From a virus (Duplodnaviria > Caudoviricetes), in the IMG/VR virus record IMGVR_UViG_3300022917_000011, positions 1 to 59,007 of that record: a stretch of 59,007 nucleotides of DNA; one strand, given 5' to 3'. Each line of letters opens with the position of its first letter. Positions within the stretch are counted from its first letter, which is position 1. Shown piece after piece: positions 38,343 through 46,761 of the stretch. The position numbers were made by a program, and so were the translations under genes. The notes below the pieces were generated by a model. It was not told where the DNA came from. It searched no databases and was given only the letters and a program-made list of their open reading frames with translations.

Positions 38343-38564
38343 TTATTTGCAGAATTTGCGGTAAGTCTCGATCAGGCCCGCATTCCATGCCCGGCGACCC
38401 AGTTCTAGGTCCGAGAGATAAGCGGCACTGAAAGCCATCCTGGCTCCCAAGGAGCGCAGGGACACATTGGCTTTCTCGCGCAGTTTCCGCATCTCAGCCC
38501 CGATGTCCGAGGCTAAAGCCACCTTCCCGGTTCCTCCGCACTTTGGGCACTTCGATTTCGTCAT
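38343..38564 (-). CDS. Cro/XRE-type HTH regulator with N-terminal CxxCxGxG
   Basis: CPKCGGTG followed by MRKLREKANVSLRSLG..MAFSAAYLSDLELGRR. Confidence 0.85.
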   Translation of the reverse strand: MTKSKCPKCGGTGKVALASDIGAEMRKLREKANVSLRSLGARMAFSAAYLSDLELGRRAWNAGLIETYRKFCK

Positions 38565-38666
38565 GGTGTGCTTATACGCTGATTAGCTTAATTATGTCCA
38601 CAAGTATTTTGCATTTCGCCCGCAAACCCGCATGAATGCAGGAAAGATTTTGCAGTGTGCGCACAG

Positions 38667-39230
38667 TTATTTGCGGGCGATTGCCGCTGCATTACGAATA
38701 AAATGGAGCAATCCGAACGAGTTTCGCTTGCCTTTTCCGCACGTTTCCCGAGCAGCCTTGAATTGCGCCCGAAGCGTGTCGTAGTCCAGCCCATGCTGTT
38801 CGGCCAAGTCCGCGCATTCCTGGTGGTATCGCTTGGACTCATTGAGTCGGCAGGAAGCGCAGCAATGGCGCGGGCTGTGCGGCTTTGTGGCCAGCGTCTT
38901 TTCGCTGATCAGCTCGTAGATTCCGCACTCGCAATTCGTCACCCAGTAGCGGCGTTTCTCAATCTCGCCAAAGAATCCCACGATCACCACATGGCCCCGG
39001 ATGCTTCCCGAAAAGTCCCTGCCATGGGTGGGCTGAATCGGGATAGGCGCATCGCTGTAGTAGCCATTCGAGGGAATGCGAAAATGGTCCCAATGATTCT
39101 CCCGCTTCACGCCCGCGCATTGCTGCCGGGCCGATAGTGGGTCCAAGGGCTTCCATCCTTCACCGCCAAACAGGCGATTCTTGGGCAATGCCGCCCCTTC
39201 TTTGGTCTGCTTTTTTCCGTGCATATTCAT
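38667..39230 (-). CDS. Hypothetical Cys-containing protein, possibly an endonuclease N-terminal remnant
   Basis: DFSGSIRGHVVIVG...WVTNCECG...CCASC resembles the leader domain of the HNH at 28020-29042. Confidence 0.55.
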   Translation of the reverse strand: MNMHGKKQTKEGAALPKNRLFGGEGWKPLDPLSARQQCAGVKRENHWDHFRIPSNGYYSDAPIPIQPTHGRDFSGSIRGHVVIVGFFGEIEKRRYWVTNCECGIYELISEKTLATKPHSPRHCCASCRLNESKRYHQECADLAEQHGLDYDTLRAQFKAARETCGKGKRNSFGLLHFIRNAAAIARK

Positions 39231-39242
39231 AAATCGGAGTAC

Positions 39243-39593
39243 TCATAGCGTTTTCCCTTTGGCGCGGGCGATGGCTGCGCGAGCATCTGCGGCCATTGGC
39301 TTACAGCAAGCGCGGATTCTCTGGCTGGCGATTTCAAGCGAGTCGGTATTGCCTTGGTGAAAGTCGCAATCCTCCAAGTCTTCCAAACGGGGAAGCATTC
39401 GCTTCAGCGCCTCTAGCAGGTCGGGCGCTGCCGCGATGAGGCGGGCGTTGGCCTCGTCTTCGTCTGGCAGCGGATATGATCTATCAGGAATGAACGCGAT
39501 GGAATTTGCTCTCGCAAGTTCGCCATCGGGTTTTCGCGCCACGATGTGATTCACTTCTGCGCTCCAAGGTCCAGGTGTATGTCTATTGCTCAT
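39243..39593 (-). CDS. Common phage early protein (HTPGPW...ANARLIAAAPDLLEAL family)
   Basis: Both signature motifs are present. Confidence 0.85.
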   Translation of the reverse strand: MSNRHTPGPWSAEVNHIVARKPDGELARANSIAFIPDRSYPLPDEDEANARLIAAAPDLLEALKRMLPRLEDLEDCDFHQGNTDSLEIASQRIRACCKPMAADARAAIARAKGKTL

Positions 39594-39701
39594 GTTTGGT
39601 CGGTTGGGTTGGGGTTGTTACGTTTCCGGTGGTCTGCTTTTTGTCTCCATTGGGTCGAAACCGGCCTTGCGGCAGATTCGGGTTTGCCGGGGTGGGTTGC
39701 G

Positions 39702-40979
39702 CTACTGGATCTTTTTCTTGCACGAGCCGTTGCACCCACATTCGCGGATGAGTTCCATGTCGAACTGGTTTTTGTGGGCCCATATTTCCTCAGAAATCAA
39801 TCGGAGGGCCTCCATGCGAGTTCTGTATTTGCCAACTGCTTGGCGGGTATCGGAGTAACGTTCACGCGCCTGAATCAGGGTCAATGTTTCCGCCACGACA
39901 TTGTCAACTTTGACAAGCGCCCAGTGCATCTTGTCCATGAGGCGATGAATACGCTCATTTTGCTCACTGGTAAATGGTGCTTGGCTCATAGGTATTTCAG
40001 TAAAATTGCTCCAGGCTTGCTGCCGATAACCACCGAGCGTCCCAGGGCATCGCCCAAGCACAGCGGTTGCCCCACCCATGGCTGCCACTGGATACGAGGC
40101 TGCGTGCTCGGGACAGCCGATTCCGGGGCTTGGGCTGAGGTTTGGCTATCATTGGCTGGCTTAGCAGGAAAACGCGAGATTCGCCGTTTATGAGCGTTTA
40201 CGGGGCATTCTGGGAAGCTGTTCTCAAGCGGCTGAATCGCCAAGTGATCGACTCGGTAAAAGTCGTCAGCGTCCATGCGCTCCTGCCTATCCCGTGCCAT
40301 ATCGGCAGCCAAGCGCCCTAGGGTGTCGCGGAGGATGTTGGGATCAGAGCAATCCATTGCGGGTCAAGAGGTTGCGGATTTCGGTGACTTGCCGGGTGTA
40401 GGCATCCACCACGGATTGGTAGCCAGCATAGCCTGGAACGGCCAGCTTAGCTGCTTCCAGCGCATCCTCCATCGTGGGCAGGCAGCCCTTGAGTATATTC
40501 AGCATGGTGGCGATGGCGCGGGATACTTCTGCGCGAGACAGCCATTCGCCATCTGGGTGGGTGAGCACGTCACCAGCAACAAATCCGCTTAGCGCAGCGT
40601 GACCGAGAGGAGTGAATTCCGTAGGTTGACCCACGCTCTCGCGCATGAGTTGCTCTTGGCCGTTATCGGTGGAGTAATCAGTTTTCATAGGTAATTCAGC
40701 AGCAAAACCAGAGCACCAGCAGCGCGGCCTCCAAGGCCATGCCGGTGAGGATGAGGGCGATGGGTTTCATGTTTAGGGGAGGGTAGGGCGATCTTGGCCG
40801 GAGGTGTAGTAGTGAAACCAAGCTTTGTTGAGAAAAACCCACCGCCCTTCGTGTTTGATGGAACCACAGGTTGAGCATTCGTCACCTTGGTTATTTTGAA
40901 AAGCGTGGGGGCATTTGGATTGCGCGTTTCCTGAAGGTTCACTGGTGTAAATTTCGGGGTTGTAGTGGCGATTTTTCAT
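39702..40979 (-). other. Run of about five small early hypothetical genes
   Basis: Tightly coupled ORFs at 39702-39989, 39986-40357, 40344-40688, about 40685-40770 and 40773-40979. Confidence 0.6.
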
Positions 40980-41012
40980 TGGCAGGTTTTCAGTTTTTAA
41001 GGTTTCAGTTTT

Positions 41013-41070
41013 GGACTCTTCGGGCGGCGCGTTACGCCGCGACCAGCCTTGGGGGTGGCTGGTTTCGTCC
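41013..41070 (-). ncRNA. Type II hammerhead ribozyme (U4C core variant)
   Basis: Minus strand reads GGAC-GAAA-CCAGCC-acccccaa-GGCUG-GUC^-GCGGCG-uaacg-CGCCGC-CCGAAGA-GUCC. All three stems pair perfectly; intergenic. Confidence 0.88.
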
Positions 41071-41073
41071 TGG

Positions 41074-41718
41074 TTAGCGGGGGAGGTTTTCCTTAATGTC
41101 GTTGGCCGCACTCCAGACAGCGCGATGGCGGTTTTGCTCGTCGTCTGCCAGTTCTTCAGCGTCCCAGGCTCCATATTCTTTTAATGCTGCGCGAATTTCG
41201 TCTGGCGCGAAGGCATCGAGTTGTGCCGCAATGGCCGGATTTTTCACCAGGATGGCCACGTCCGCGTCACAAGAGCCTTGGTGGCTTGCTGACTCGGCTT
41301 GCTCGCGAGCCATGGAAATTTCCAGACCGCGAGTGCCACAAAAGCAGCCATGGAGAATTTCGTCCTCGTCCTCGTAGGTGTAGCTTTCCAAGTCCCCATA
41401 GATGCCATCCGAGACACCTTGCTCATAAGCTTCCCAAAGCACATCAGCGTCTTCAGAATCGTTTAGTTCCTTGGCCAGGAATTCCCATGGGCTATACTGG
41501 CGCGAATTGCTCTCAGCCTCGAAGCAAAGGATCGCGTGAACGTCCGCTGCGTTGTCTGCGTCCACTTTCAATTTCCCCTCGTCTGTCCAGTAGGTTTTCC
41601 CGATTTCCGGGACATTGTGGCAGGCGATGCCGTGGCCTTGGTTGAATCCGGCTTTGTAGGCCGATTGCTCGGCTTCAGTCGTGAATTGCTCGGGAGCGTA
41701 TTTAGGATTGGGTTTCAT
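41074..41718 (-). CDS. Acidic two-domain early protein
   Basis: 214 aa, strongly Asp/Glu-rich; contains SHQGSCDADV and LKEYGAWD.EEL motifs. Confidence 0.75.
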   Translation of the reverse strand: MKPNPKYAPEQFTTEAEQSAYKAGFNQGHGIACHNVPEIGKTYWTDEGKLKVDADNAADVHAILCFEAESNSRQYSPWEFLAKELNDSEDADVLWEAYEQGVSDGIYGDLESYTYEDEDEILHGCFCGTRGLEISMAREQAESASHQGSCDADVAILVKNPAIAAQLDAFAPDEIRAALKEYGAWDAEELADDEQNRHRAVWSAANDIKENLPR

Positions 41719-41735
41719 GGGTATTCAGTGCGTTA

Positions 41736-41759
41736 GGTTTTTAGTGGGCGGGGGCTGGG
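41736..41759. repeat. 24-bp leader repeat, copy 1
   Basis: GGTTTTTAGTGGGCGGGGGCTGGG is identical at 42318-42341. Confidence 0.9.
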
Positions 41760-41824
41760 TGTTAGGCGATATGGATAGCGTTTGGCGTTGGTGAGATGAA
41801 CATGGGAGAAAATCGTCTCGCGGC

Positions 41825-42010
41825 TCAGTCGAAAATATCGAATAGCGGCTCGATTCCGCCGTCGTCGGGGCCGAGGTAGCGGCCATCGCGAAACCAGCCC
41901 GTCCAGTCGAGTCGGTCATGGTCTTGATCGTGCGCCTCGCCGTCAGACCAGCGCGCAAATTGGAGATCGTCGAGGTCGTAGGTTTCGCCTTTTTCAAGTT
42001 TGATTGCCAT
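41825..42010 (-). CDS. Small acidic early protein
   Basis: 61 aa, YLGPDDGGIEP motif. Confidence 0.7.
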   Translation of the reverse strand: MAIKLEKGETYDLDDLQFARWSDGEAHDQDHDRLDWTGWFRDGRYLGPDDGGIEPLFDIFD

Positions 42011-42073
42011 AATTTTGAGAGGTTGTGCCAGGCTGCGCTCGGCGACCGATGCCGCAAGCTCCGACGAAGGAGA

Positions 42074-42310
42074 TTAGATTTTTGCCAATCGAACGCGGAA
42101 ATCCTCACCCTCTCGATTACCCCATACGTCCAGCGAGCCGTCGTTCTCGCGAGCGTGGTCAACGGCCTCGTAATTCGCACTAATCCAGTCCGCTAGTTGC
42201 GCTGGGTCTTCGCACTCAATGCGGACGATCTCATTATGCGAGATACTGCGGGCAATTGCGGTTTCGGTTTCGGTGCCGTTCTCAAGGTCGGTTTCGGTGT
42301 AGGTGTTCAT
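42074..42310 (-). CDS. Small acidic early protein
   Basis: 78 aa, LDVWG motif. Confidence 0.7.
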   Translation of the reverse strand: MNTYTETDLENGTETETAIARSISHNEIVRIECEDPAQLADWISANYEAVDHARENDGSLDVWGNREGEDFRVRLAKI

Positions 42311-42322
42311 TTTCGTCGGTTT

Positions 42323-42523
42323 TTAGTGGGCGGGGGCTGGGACGAAATGCCAATTTCCGAATTCGTCTTGTTGTCCACCCGCTTTGAATGGGTTATGTTC
42401 CCAGAGGTAACCGCCTTGCTTTTGGAGTTTGGTGGCGATTTTGATGGAGTTAGTGAAGCGGGAGACATTTCCGATTTCGTTGAAATTGGCCCGACTGGAG
42501 ATTTGATAGGTGTAAGTTTTCAT
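42323..42523 (-). CDS. Small early protein
   Basis: ATG lies 20 nt from the -12 element of the sigma54 motif. Confidence 0.65.
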   Translation of the reverse strand: MKTYTYQISSRANFNEIGNVSRFTNSIKIATKLQKQGGYLWEHNPFKAGGQQDEFGNWHFVPAPAH

Positions 42524-42541
42524 ATTGACGAATTTGTCTAT

Positions 42542-42557
42542 AGCATGTGCCATGCCA
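42542..42557 (-). promoter_or_regulatory. Sigma54 (-24/-12) promoter 2
   Basis: TGGCATG-GCAC-ATGCT, with exact GG-N10-GC spacing. Confidence 0.75.
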
Positions 42558-42565
42558 CGTCTCGT

Positions 42566-42832
42566 TTAGTTCAGGAAAACAGGTTGATCATCGACAATTA
42601 CGCAATTTCCCACAGGCGATTGGATGGCTACGATTTTCCCTTGGTATGTTCGGAAGGAATGCCGCCCGCCTTGGTTATCGACTGCCACCCACGATCCACC
42701 ATCCTGATGGAAATCGAAGGATACAAACTCGGTTTGGGAATTACGCATATTCACAAGCTCAAAGAATATTTGCCAGACGTTGGCATGTTGAGCTTGGAAA
42801 GAAACGAGGTTGGCGATGGATTGGATTTTCAT
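42566..42832 (-). CDS. First gene of the early arm, hypothetical
   Basis: 88 aa from ATG 42832, behind a sigma54 motif. Confidence 0.65.
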   Translation of the reverse strand: MKIQSIANLVSFQAQHANVWQIFFELVNMRNSQTEFVSFDFHQDGGSWVAVDNQGGRHSFRTYQGKIVAIQSPVGNCVIVDDQPVFLN

Positions 42833-42850
42833 ATTGACGAATTTGTATAT

Positions 42851-42866
42851 AGCAGGGTGCGTGCCA
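42851..42866 (-). promoter_or_regulatory. Sigma54 (-24/-12) promoter 1
   Basis: TGGCACG-CACC-CTGCT is a near-consensus match to TGGCACG-N4-TTGCW. Confidence 0.82.
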
Positions 42867-43074
42867 ACCCATTTTTCACTGTTGGGTGCCGGGGAAATGG
42901 GCGGAAAGTGGCAAGTCTGCCGACAAATCCATGTAAGCTTTTCCGACAAAAGCACGTGCAACAGAGTAAAAGCGCCTTTTTGAAACTGACAGATTTTCCG
43001 ACAAGCTGCTTTACACTCTTGCGTTGCTCTCTGTTGGATTGACAGGACCAGGTATTTACGCTTCTGTCGTAAAT

Positions 43075-43611
43075 ATGCCTGCTACCTTGGAAATCAATCG
43101 TGAGGAAGTCCGGATGCTCGTATTGGAGGTTGGGTGTAGGGAGGCTGCCCGCAGGCTGGGGATGAACGAAAATACGGTGATGGCGTGGTGTCGCCGATTC
43201 TCTTGGTTGGAAGGCCGCCCCGCGAATATTCCACTTCCGCCATCGGTGATTCAGCCTGCACGCAATGCACGCACGCCCGCTGAAGCAATGATGGACGCAT
43301 GGCGAGATGACATGGTCCAGACGCGTCTCGGTGGCTCCCGCATCGTGCGCAAACAAATCACAGAATTAGAGCAACGCTCTGGTGCTGAGCTAGTTGCAGA
43401 CGGTGGCGGCACCGTCCTGACCGTCCTGAAGGGTGCCGCACTCGTCCACGACTGGTCGAATCAAGGCACGCAGAAGGTCACGGTCTGCATCCAGGCCGGG
43501 CTCGGAGCCGCCGAGCTACCTCTTCCAGGCGCGGCCCAGGACATCGAGCTATCGGACGGGGACGCAGAGGTGACAGCGTGCGATCCCATGGATGATCCTA
43601 TGTTTAACTAG
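43075..43611 (+). CDS. HTH protein, terminase small subunit candidate
   Basis: REAARRLGMNENTVMAWCRRFSW HTH, helical middle and acidic tail; followed by a non-coding region. Confidence 0.6.
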   Translation: MPATLEINREEVRMLVLEVGCREAARRLGMNENTVMAWCRRFSWLEGRPANIPLPPSVIQPARNARTPAEAMMDAWRDDMVQTRLGGSRIVRKQITELEQRSGAELVADGGGTVLTVLKGAALVHDWSNQGTQKVTVCIQAGLGAAELPLPGAAQDIELSDGDAEVTACDPMDDPMFN

Positions 43612-44184
43612 CTGGTAATCAGCACAATGTGTGGACGCACACTACACAATGTTGCTATTTTATATGACCATTGTTGGCTGATTGCTTGGTGTGTTATGCG
43701 TCATAAACCGCTCAACATCATACCTTTATGACCGTAATACAGCGATGAGGGCGAGAAGGTTATTGCGACTCATGTGCTAAATATGTAGCACCTGATATTA
43801 TTATCACACAGCGTGGAACGTGTGGAACAAACAATCCCTTGCCAGGCGTGGCCTGTGCAGGAGGCGAGGGTGGGGGAGGGGGTTTCGGCGGTCGGCGTAT
43901 CGGTACCTACCCAGCAGAAGTTTTCTGCCACAAATCGGATTATAGCAGCTATAACCAGATTCAGGAATGTACTGTACTACGCATGCGCGTGACCCCCGGT
44001 GAATTGATGGCATTCGCCCGTGCGTGTGGACATCCTTGGTCTCTGGCAGGCCCGTGCTGGGCATTTTTTGTCCATGGGTAGCCCGAGAGGGGTAACGCGT
44101 GCGCAAGGCGCTGGCGGGGCTCGGGTGGATGCTGGCCCAAGGCATCGTTGGGACTGTTTACGCCGGGTTCCGCGTGCTTGTGCG

Positions 44185-44550
44185 CGTTAAGCTGGTTTTG
44201 TACTGGAGTTGCTCAGTTCCTGAGCGTACCGACCAGACCCCGTGGCTCACGCCCAAAGCATCATCTTTTCGCCCCTTGAGTGCTCCGTGGGATTGCTCCC
44301 TCTTCTGGTGTTTAGCCGAATGCCTGACGACGCTCGTGGGCTGACATGCAGCATTGAGTGGCTGCACCGCAGGTGGCCCGTGTGTTTCATATTTGTCCCG
44401 CCTCCACCTGCAACTTCCCTGGCCCCACTTTCGGGATTCGCTCTTTGCTGGAGAGCTACTTTCACCAGTTGGTTTCACACTTCGCACGTAGTGGGTTTCC
44501 CCGGCAAAGCTTGGTCACGATGTGATTCAGCGAACTGATGCTGAAATCCC
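44185..44550 (-). ncRNA. Large structured non-coding RNA candidate
   Basis: At least 8 nested helices, GAAA/GCAA tetraloops and an AGUA/GAA E-loop; no credible ORF. Confidence 0.65.
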
Positions 44551-44964
44551 ACAGGACCGACAAAGTTGCAAGAGATTTTACTTTTCTTTTGAAAAAAGTA
44601 ATATGTTTTTTCAAAAAAATGGGGCGTAAAAAATCCGCACAATCCCTTCGCAATAAGGTAATTTCAAGAATTTACGGGCATCACAGGGGGGTGGATAAAT
44701 ATCTGGCTGGAAGATCGTGGTGTGATGGATTTGCCGCAACCATGAACCCGCATCCAGACGGCATTTGCGAGTGTGGCGCGGCACGCTTCGTCTTGCACCA
44801 CTGGCAGTCGCACGGAGACTTTGGAGAATCCATTATGGCTGTAAATGTGTGTAGAGTTACACGACGGTTGACAGCGCCCAACGTTGGGTTTAAGAAAGGG
44901 TCGTAAGCACTCTCCCAATTCTCCAACGCCGCGAGCGCTGGATGAAGCGAAAATCTTGAGTTTC

Positions 44965-45003
44965 AGCTCCCGAAGACGGCAAATCTTCGGGAGTTTTCGT
45001 TTC
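44965..45003 (+). terminator. Intrinsic terminator-like hairpin
   Basis: AGCTCCCGAAGA-7 nt-TCTTCGGGAGTT stem followed by TTCGTTT. Confidence 0.55.
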
Positions 45004-45830
45004 TACATGGAGCGCGCCGAATCGGCGTGAGGGGATGGGAAATTTTTTTTGGTAGACGGCTTGTTGTCCCTTCCGCCCCGGTTTAAGCGATGTGATTTGG
45101 TGACCCGAGCATTCGGCCACCCGCCCAACGCAGGCGTCTCCATGCACTTTCCCCTTGCCAACTGTCAAGCAATCCTTGACAGTTCGACTGCTGCGCGGAC
45201 TCGGCGTAAGTCTGGAGGGATGGATGCAGGGGCCGCGTGGCGCTGATTTTACCTATGAAACTCCTAGCTCTCAGTCTATCCATCATCCTCACCGGCTGCA
45301 CCGCGTCCCTCCAATACGTCGATCCCGAGTCAGGCGTCAGCGCCGGACTGAACCACAACTTCGATGGAAAGACGATCAAGAGGCTGAGGAAATGAACTGG
45401 CTGCTTCTCTTCTGGTGCGCGTGGATGGCCTACGAGGTTGCCACCGCCAAACTCGACCCGAACGATCCATGAACAGGTCACTTCTCGTAGGATGGTGGAG
45501 AAAAACTTGGGGCCATTGCCCTGGGTGCAATGATGACGCACCCGGAGGTCGATACCTGTGAAATTTGCTTTCAGGGAATGAATCGTGACCCCTACCCTCG
45601 TCCGGACTACACCATCAGACTTTACTGGAATCGGTTCAAACTCCGCCTTCAAAAACCATGAAAACCCAACTCGAAGCAGGACTGGAGAGGCATCGGGCCA
45701 AACCACCGATATCCACCCAAGTCATCAGTGAAACGGAGAAAAATAAACTGGTGGAAATTGGCGATGGTCGGAACCGCTGCTACGCATGGATGAATAAAAT
45801 CCAGAAACCAATCGTGGTGCTTCATCGAAA

Positions 45831-46217
45831 ATGAAATCCCTCCTATTCATCACTCTCCTCGCTCTAGCCGGATGCGCCAGTCCGACCTTCCCGACCTACT
45901 TCAAATACCAGCCCACCGGAGGCGTTTTCCTCTCCGAGGACACCCCGCGCCGGAGGCTGGAATGGATGCTCTCGCGGCAGGACGATCCGGCCATCGTGGG
46001 CCTTGTGCGCTCCCACGAACTCCGCACCACCGGGAAGCTCAATCCCAACCATGGTGCCTGCTTCCAGAAATCCCAGGCGGTGCTGCTGGGCACCCAGGGT
46101 CATCCCGAACTCGGGAACTTCACTATTGCCTCCAAGGACGATCATGCGTTCGTTCTCTGGACCACGCCCACGGGTGAGAAATTCACCATCGACGGCACCA
46201 CTATTTCACCGCTATGA
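45831..46217 (+). CDS. Lipoprotein with transglutaminase/papain-like Cys-His-Asp pattern
   Basis: Lipobox LAGC; GACFQKS, HAFV and IDGT motifs. Confidence 0.6.
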   Translation: MKSLLFITLLALAGCASPTFPTYFKYQPTGGVFLSEDTPRRRLEWMLSRQDDPAIVGLVRSHELRTTGKLNPNHGACFQKSQAVLLGTQGHPELGNFTIASKDDHAFVLWTTPTGEKFTIDGTTISPL

Positions 46218-46522
46218 CCACTGAAGAAATCAAAACCATGCAGACGACCCTTCACATGAAGGGCTTCGGCGGCGTTCCTGGTCGGAAGGGTATGAAGCAC
46301 GACCACGCTTGCCACTGTGGAACTGCTGCTCTCCCGCATGATGTGGGGGAAGATGGGTGCGTTCGGCGAATGACGGCCAACCCAGTCCAAGTCGGAGATA
46401 AATGGGAAGTTGGAGATGCCCTGATTACTGACTATTCGCTGCACCAACAACGCGGCTATCACTGGCACCCGTGCGGCTGCTGGAGCCGTTCTCCTGGAAG
46501 TGAAAATTCAATAACTGCATGA
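46214..46522 (+). CDS. Hypothetical Cys/His-rich protein
   Basis: Start and stop are coupled with both neighbours. Confidence 0.55.
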   Translation: MTTEEIKTMQTTLHMKGFGGVPGRKGMKHDHACHCGTAALPHDVGEDGCVRRMTANPVQVGDKWEVGDALITDYSLHQQRGYHWHPCGCWSRSPGSENSITA

Positions 46523-46761
46523 GCGACGACGACTCCCAACAGAAGGAGGATATGGATTTGGTGGAGAAAGCCTGCATTGGCTTGGGAGAGCATTTCGATA
46601 CCGTGATGATTTTTGCCACCCGTCTTGAGGCCGGAGAGTTGGATGGGACAGTGAATATCAACTTCGGTTCCGGAAATTGGTTTGCCCGGTACGGGCAGGT
46701 CAAAGCATGGATCGTGAAGCAGGAAGAGAGGGACAGGAAGCACGTGAGGGAAGAAGAATGA
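46519..46761 (+). CDS. Small hypothetical protein (LGEHFD...GNWFARYG)
   Basis: 80 aa, start/stop coupled. Confidence 0.7.
   Translation: MSDDDSQQKEDMDLVEKACIGLGEHFDTVMIFATRLEAGELDGTVNINFGSGNWFARYGQVKAWIVKQEERDRKHVREEE

Noticed and set aside
39660-39692. c-di-GMP-I riboswitch (GGCAAAC...CGCAAG)
   Set aside because: It lacks the GAAA-capped P2 stem and the tetraloop-receptor arm; the resemblance is only superficial.
42014-42031. Third sigma54 promoter (TGGCACAACC on the minus strand)
   Set aside because: There is no GC at the -12 position.
43811-43830. parS site (CGTGGAAC, TGTGGAACA)
   Set aside because: Only direct half-sites are present, not the 16-bp palindrome, and no parAB genes were found.
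44185-44205. RNase P RNA (ACAAAACCAGCUUA resembles conserved region V)
   Set aside because: It is one base short of the consensus, and there is no GAGGAAAGUCC region I partner to form P4. No group I core or group II domain V was seen either.
44538-44906. Additional HNH gene (CECG...LHHW...NVC)
   Set aside because: The motif is incomplete and unconvincing. It may be a remnant or a small hypothetical gene, so it was not called.
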